From Planctomycetales bacterium (GTDB lineage: Bacteria > 4484-113 > JAFGCY01): a DNA stretch of 32,000 nt. The DNA is taken from NCBI GenBank assembly GCA_022646745.1, contig CP060262.1, positions 180,001 through 212,000 on the forward strand. Reading direction: 5' to 3'. Below the pieces are notes generated by a model that was given only the letters and a program-made list of their open reading frames with translations, had not been told where the DNA came from and made no database searches. The position numbers were made by a program, and so were the translations under genes. This document shows positions 29,279 to 32,000 of the stretch, piece by piece. How positions within the stretch are numbered: position 1 is the first letter of the stretch; every line of letters starts with the position of its first letter.

Positions 29279-32000
29279 CTAGGGCAGGATCACATACTTC
29301 AGGTCAGCGTTTGAACTGTCCCCATAGCTAATGGCGGCATAGCCATCTACCACCACCAGCGAAGAATTCAATCCTACCAAGCCAGCTGTGTCAATTGACA
29401 ACGGTGAGATCCACGCGGTGCCCTGGGCATCACTGGCGCGGATGTATTCGAGGTCATCAGTGATGGTGTTGAAATAACTGATAGCGGGAAAACCGTCCAC
29501 CACAGCCATGGCAGCGCCATCGGATACACCGCCAATCTTGGCAATTACCGGCGGACTGCCCCAGGTTGAGCCCTGGGCATTGCTGGCCCTGACAAAAAGC
29601 AGATCACCATTGACAAAGTTGAGGTAACTGATGGCCGGGTATCCGTCAACGATTGCCAGTGTTGTAAACGTGCCGACAGATCCGGCAGTATCGACGCTGA
29701 TGGGAGTGTCCCATGCAGCACCCTGGGCATCAAGTGCCCGCACATACTTCAGGTCTCCAAGGTTTTCCTGCTCGTAACTGACCGCAGGAAAACCATCCAC
29801 AATGCCCAGTGATGAGAACTTGCCCACGAAGCCAGTGGAATCGAGAGTTAGTGGAGAATCCCAGCTGGATCCCTGGGGGTCAAGCGCGCGGATGTACCTC
29901 AGGTCTCCGTTTGTGCCATCGTAATAACTGATCGCCGGCTGGCCGTCCACTACAGCAAGCGAATTCGTGAAACCGGAATTGATGGCCGTATCAAGCGCGA
30001 CAGGCGTACCCCATGCCGATCCCTGGGGATCGCTGGCCCGTACATACCTCAGGTCGCTATCGTTTACATGGTAGTAACTGATGGCAGGGTTGCCGTCCAC
30101 GACCGTGAGTGATGTCCAGGTGCCCACATTGCCGGCTGTGTCAACCGGAATCGGTGTACTCCAGGCTGTGCCCTGTATATTCGTGGCCCTCACATATTTG
30201 AGGTCAAGGCTGCCGTAGTCGTGGTAGCTGATGGCCGGGTAACCGTCCACAACGGCCATTGAGGAGAAAATGCCGACATCGCCATCCGAATCGACTGCCT
30301 GGGACAGGGATTCGACGATGGTTACCGTTGCCGGTACGGTATCCTGCGCGCCGGTGTTGTCAGTCACACGTACAACGGGATGGAATTCTCCGGTTGAGTC
30401 ATAGGTGTGGGTTGCTGTGGCAGCCTCGCTGAAGCTGTCGTGGATCCCGTCGCTATTGAAGTCCCATTCATAGCTGACTATGCTGCCGTCGGGATCGCTG
30501 CTGCCGGATGCATCAAGCGTGACCTTGAAACCGGCGAAGCCGGGGTCCGGGCCGGCGGCCAGGGCTGCCACTGGAGGCAGGTTGCCAACCACATTCACCG
30601 TGATTTCGATGCTGGCTGTGGCGCGCGCACCGTCATTGTCCTCGACTCGGACCCTGACGAGAGGACTTCCGGCCTCAGTGAAGGTGTGCGAAATGATAGC
30701 GGTATCGCTGAAAGTGTCATAGCCGCCATCGCCATCCCAGTCCCAGGCGTACTCAATGATGCTGCCATCACTGTCGCTGGAGCCGGAGGCATCAAAGCTG
30801 ACAGCCAGCGGGGCATTGCCACTGTTCACATCGGCGGCGATATCAGCAGTCGGCGCCAGGTTCTCCGGGTCAGAGACCGGGCTGACCGTGATGCTGACAG
30901 TATCCACGTCCCAGGCTCCCTGGTCGTCAACGACACGCAGCTTGGCGTTGTATGTGCCGGGAGTGGTGTAAGTGTTGCCGGCGGAGGTCACATGCACGAT
31001 GTCCGTGTCATCCCACACGTCATATGTGCCGTCGCCGTCAAAGTCCCAGCCACCGCCGACGATGCTGCCGTCGAAGTCCATACTGCCGGAGCCGTCGAAG
31101 CTGACTTCCAGCGGGGCACTGCCGGATGCCAGATCGGCGAGGGCCACCGCCACGGGGCGGCTGTTGCCACTGATCACCAGGCTGACTGATCCAAGCGCTA
31201 CCGCCGTGCCCTCCGTACCGGTGGCACGCACCCGCGGGCGGATGATCCCAAGCCGGGATGTGTCAACCTGGGCTGAGCCGGAGGTGTCAGCGGTGATGTC
31301 ATATGTTCCGTCGCCATCCACGTCGAAGTCGTAGGACTCCGCGCCAGAGGCTGAGAGAGAGATGCCCTCAGCAAGTGAGCCACTGGGCTTGTCTATGGAC
31401 AGCACCAGGGCAGGTGCATCGCCTGCCAGCGGGAGTGCTGAAATGATGTCACTGAGCGCCGACTCATTGCCGGAGATGTCGATTGCGGAGATCCTGATGT
31501 ATGCCTGTCCTGTGGCTGCCAGCTGATGCTGCGTCAGTCCTTCCAGGCTGTCCACATGGCTGACTCCGGCTGAGCTGCCACTGATGAAGTCTCTTGTGGA
31601 GTAGTAGATCCGGTAGCCTGCCAGGTCACCCGCGATCACCGGCTGCCAGTTCAGCAGCAGGACGCCATCAAGCGATGTTGCGGCCAGGCCCGTGGGTTGG
31701 TCAGGAGCGGTAGTGTCAGCGGGATCTTCCGTGTTGACACCGATGCCGACCACGTCAGCTGCGCTGCCACCGTGCACAAGCACACTGACGAACAGGCTGC
31801 CGAGGCTGGAAGTGTACGGCCCCTGCAGGGCGGTGGAGAGGCGTACATGATTGTCAGTGAAGGGGCCGTGCCACTGCCAGCGGTTGCTGCCATAGTCGGC
31901 GAGGCCAATGTAGTAGCCCTTGCCGGCCAGCAGGTTGGCATCCACGCTCACCACACCGGGATGTCCACCGGCGAGCGGGATGCGGTACATAGCCTGTGCA
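29279..32000 (-). CDS. Large extracellular protein (partial, N-terminus off the right edge): FN3-like domain, four PKD-like domains and a C-terminal 7-repeat Asp-box-like beta-propeller
   Basis: The frame stays open past the ATG at 31990 to the window edge, and there is no signal peptide at MYRIPLAGG. FN3-like: PDQPTGLAATSLDGVLLLNWQP...YRIYY. PKD: PLEVSFDGSGSMDFDGSIVGGGWDFDGDGTYD and two or three more. The last 332 aa are seven ~50-aa repeats, SLxVVDGxPAISYxxxxxxDLxYVRAxDxQGxxWxxPxxVDTxG. Confidence 0.8.
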   Translation of the reverse strand, partial: AQAMYRIPLAGGHPGVVSVDANLLAGKGYYIGLADYGSNRWQWHGPFTDNHVRLSTALQGPYTSSLGSLFVSVLVHGGSAADVVGIGVNTEDPADTTAPDQPTGLAATSLDGVLLLNWQPVIAGDLAGYRIYYSTRDFISGSSAGVSHVDSLEGLTQHQLAATGQAYIRISAIDISGNESALSDIISALPLAGDAPALVLSIDKPSGSLAEGISLSASGAESYDFDVDGDGTYDITADTSGSAQVDTSRLGIIRPRVRATGTEGTAVALGSVSLVISGNSRPVAVALADLASGSAPLEVSFDGSGSMDFDGSIVGGGWDFDGDGTYDVWDDTDIVHVTSAGNTYTTPGTYNAKLRVVDDQGAWDVDTVSITVSPVSDPENLAPTADIAADVNSGNAPLAVSFDASGSSDSDGSIIEYAWDWDGDGGYDTFSDTAIISHTFTEAGSPLVRVRVEDNDGARATASIEITVNVVGNLPPVAALAAGPDPGFAGFKVTLDASGSSDPDGSIVSYEWDFNSDGIHDSFSEAATATHTYDSTGEFHPVVRVTDNTGAQDTVPATVTIVESLSQAVDSDGDVGIFSSMAVVDGYPAISYHDYGSLDLKYVRATNIQGTAWSTPIPVDTAGNVGTWTSLTVVDGNPAISYYHVNDSDLRYVRASDPQGSAWGTPVALDTAINSGFTNSLAVVDGQPAISYYDGTNGDLRYIRALDPQGSSWDSPLTLDSTGFVGKFSSLGIVDGFPAVSYEQENLGDLKYVRALDAQGAAWDTPISVDTAGSVGTFTTLAIVDGYPAISYLNFVNGDLLFVRASNAQGSTWGSPPVIAKIGGVSDGAAMAVVDGFPAISYFNTITDDLEYIRASDAQGTAWISPLSIDTAGLVGLNSSLVVVDGYAAISYGDSSNADLKYVILP

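Overview
GC-rich bacterial chromosomal window (by eye about 60-65% GC, strong third-position GC bias). I count about 27 credible protein genes and one tRNA. There is no rRNA, CRISPR array, transposase, integrase or phage gene. All family calls rest on motif recognition in the supplied or self-made translations; no homology search was possible. Left to right: (1) a minus-strand minor-pseudopilin operon in GspH-I-J-K / FimU-PilV-W-X order (4611->1250), followed by a PilT retraction ATPase that runs off the left edge; (2) rex; (3) a lipoprotein with an internal NPCG repeat; (4) a pruA-like P5C dehydrogenase plus ALDH7-type P6C dehydrogenase operon; (5) a copper module, made of a lipoprotein with a His/Met-rich stretch and three YHS/TRASH-like modules, convergent with a CPC-type P1B ATPase that has two YHS domains and an HMBD; (6) an APC permease fused to tandem Usp domains; (7) an orphan LivJ-like binding lipoprotein ending in 14 tandem N-P-C-G-[E/D] pentapeptides; (8) tRNA-Leu(CAA), two VOC/glyoxalase genes and a HAD-IIA hydrolase; (9) an XRE regulator plus small membrane protein cassette with a clear promoter and operator; (10) a 540-bp lower-GC non-coding stretch full of CACAGAG/CTCTGTG heptamers; (11) a standalone HD-GYP, recF and a 454-aa secreted unknown; (12) an ECF sigma with a putative anti-sigma; (13) cheX-cheA, where CheA has a duplicated P2-like domain; (14) a large FN3-PKDx4 protein with a 7-blade Asp-box-like propeller that runs off the right edge. 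The best novelty candidates are the cysteine pentapeptide (NPCGE) repeat shared by two unrelated lipoproteins, the triple YHS-like periplasmic lipoprotein next to copA, and the pseudopilin tip set with a 602-aa K-position protein next to pilT. None of these is proven new. The many long ORFs antisense to real genes are GC-driven artefacts.
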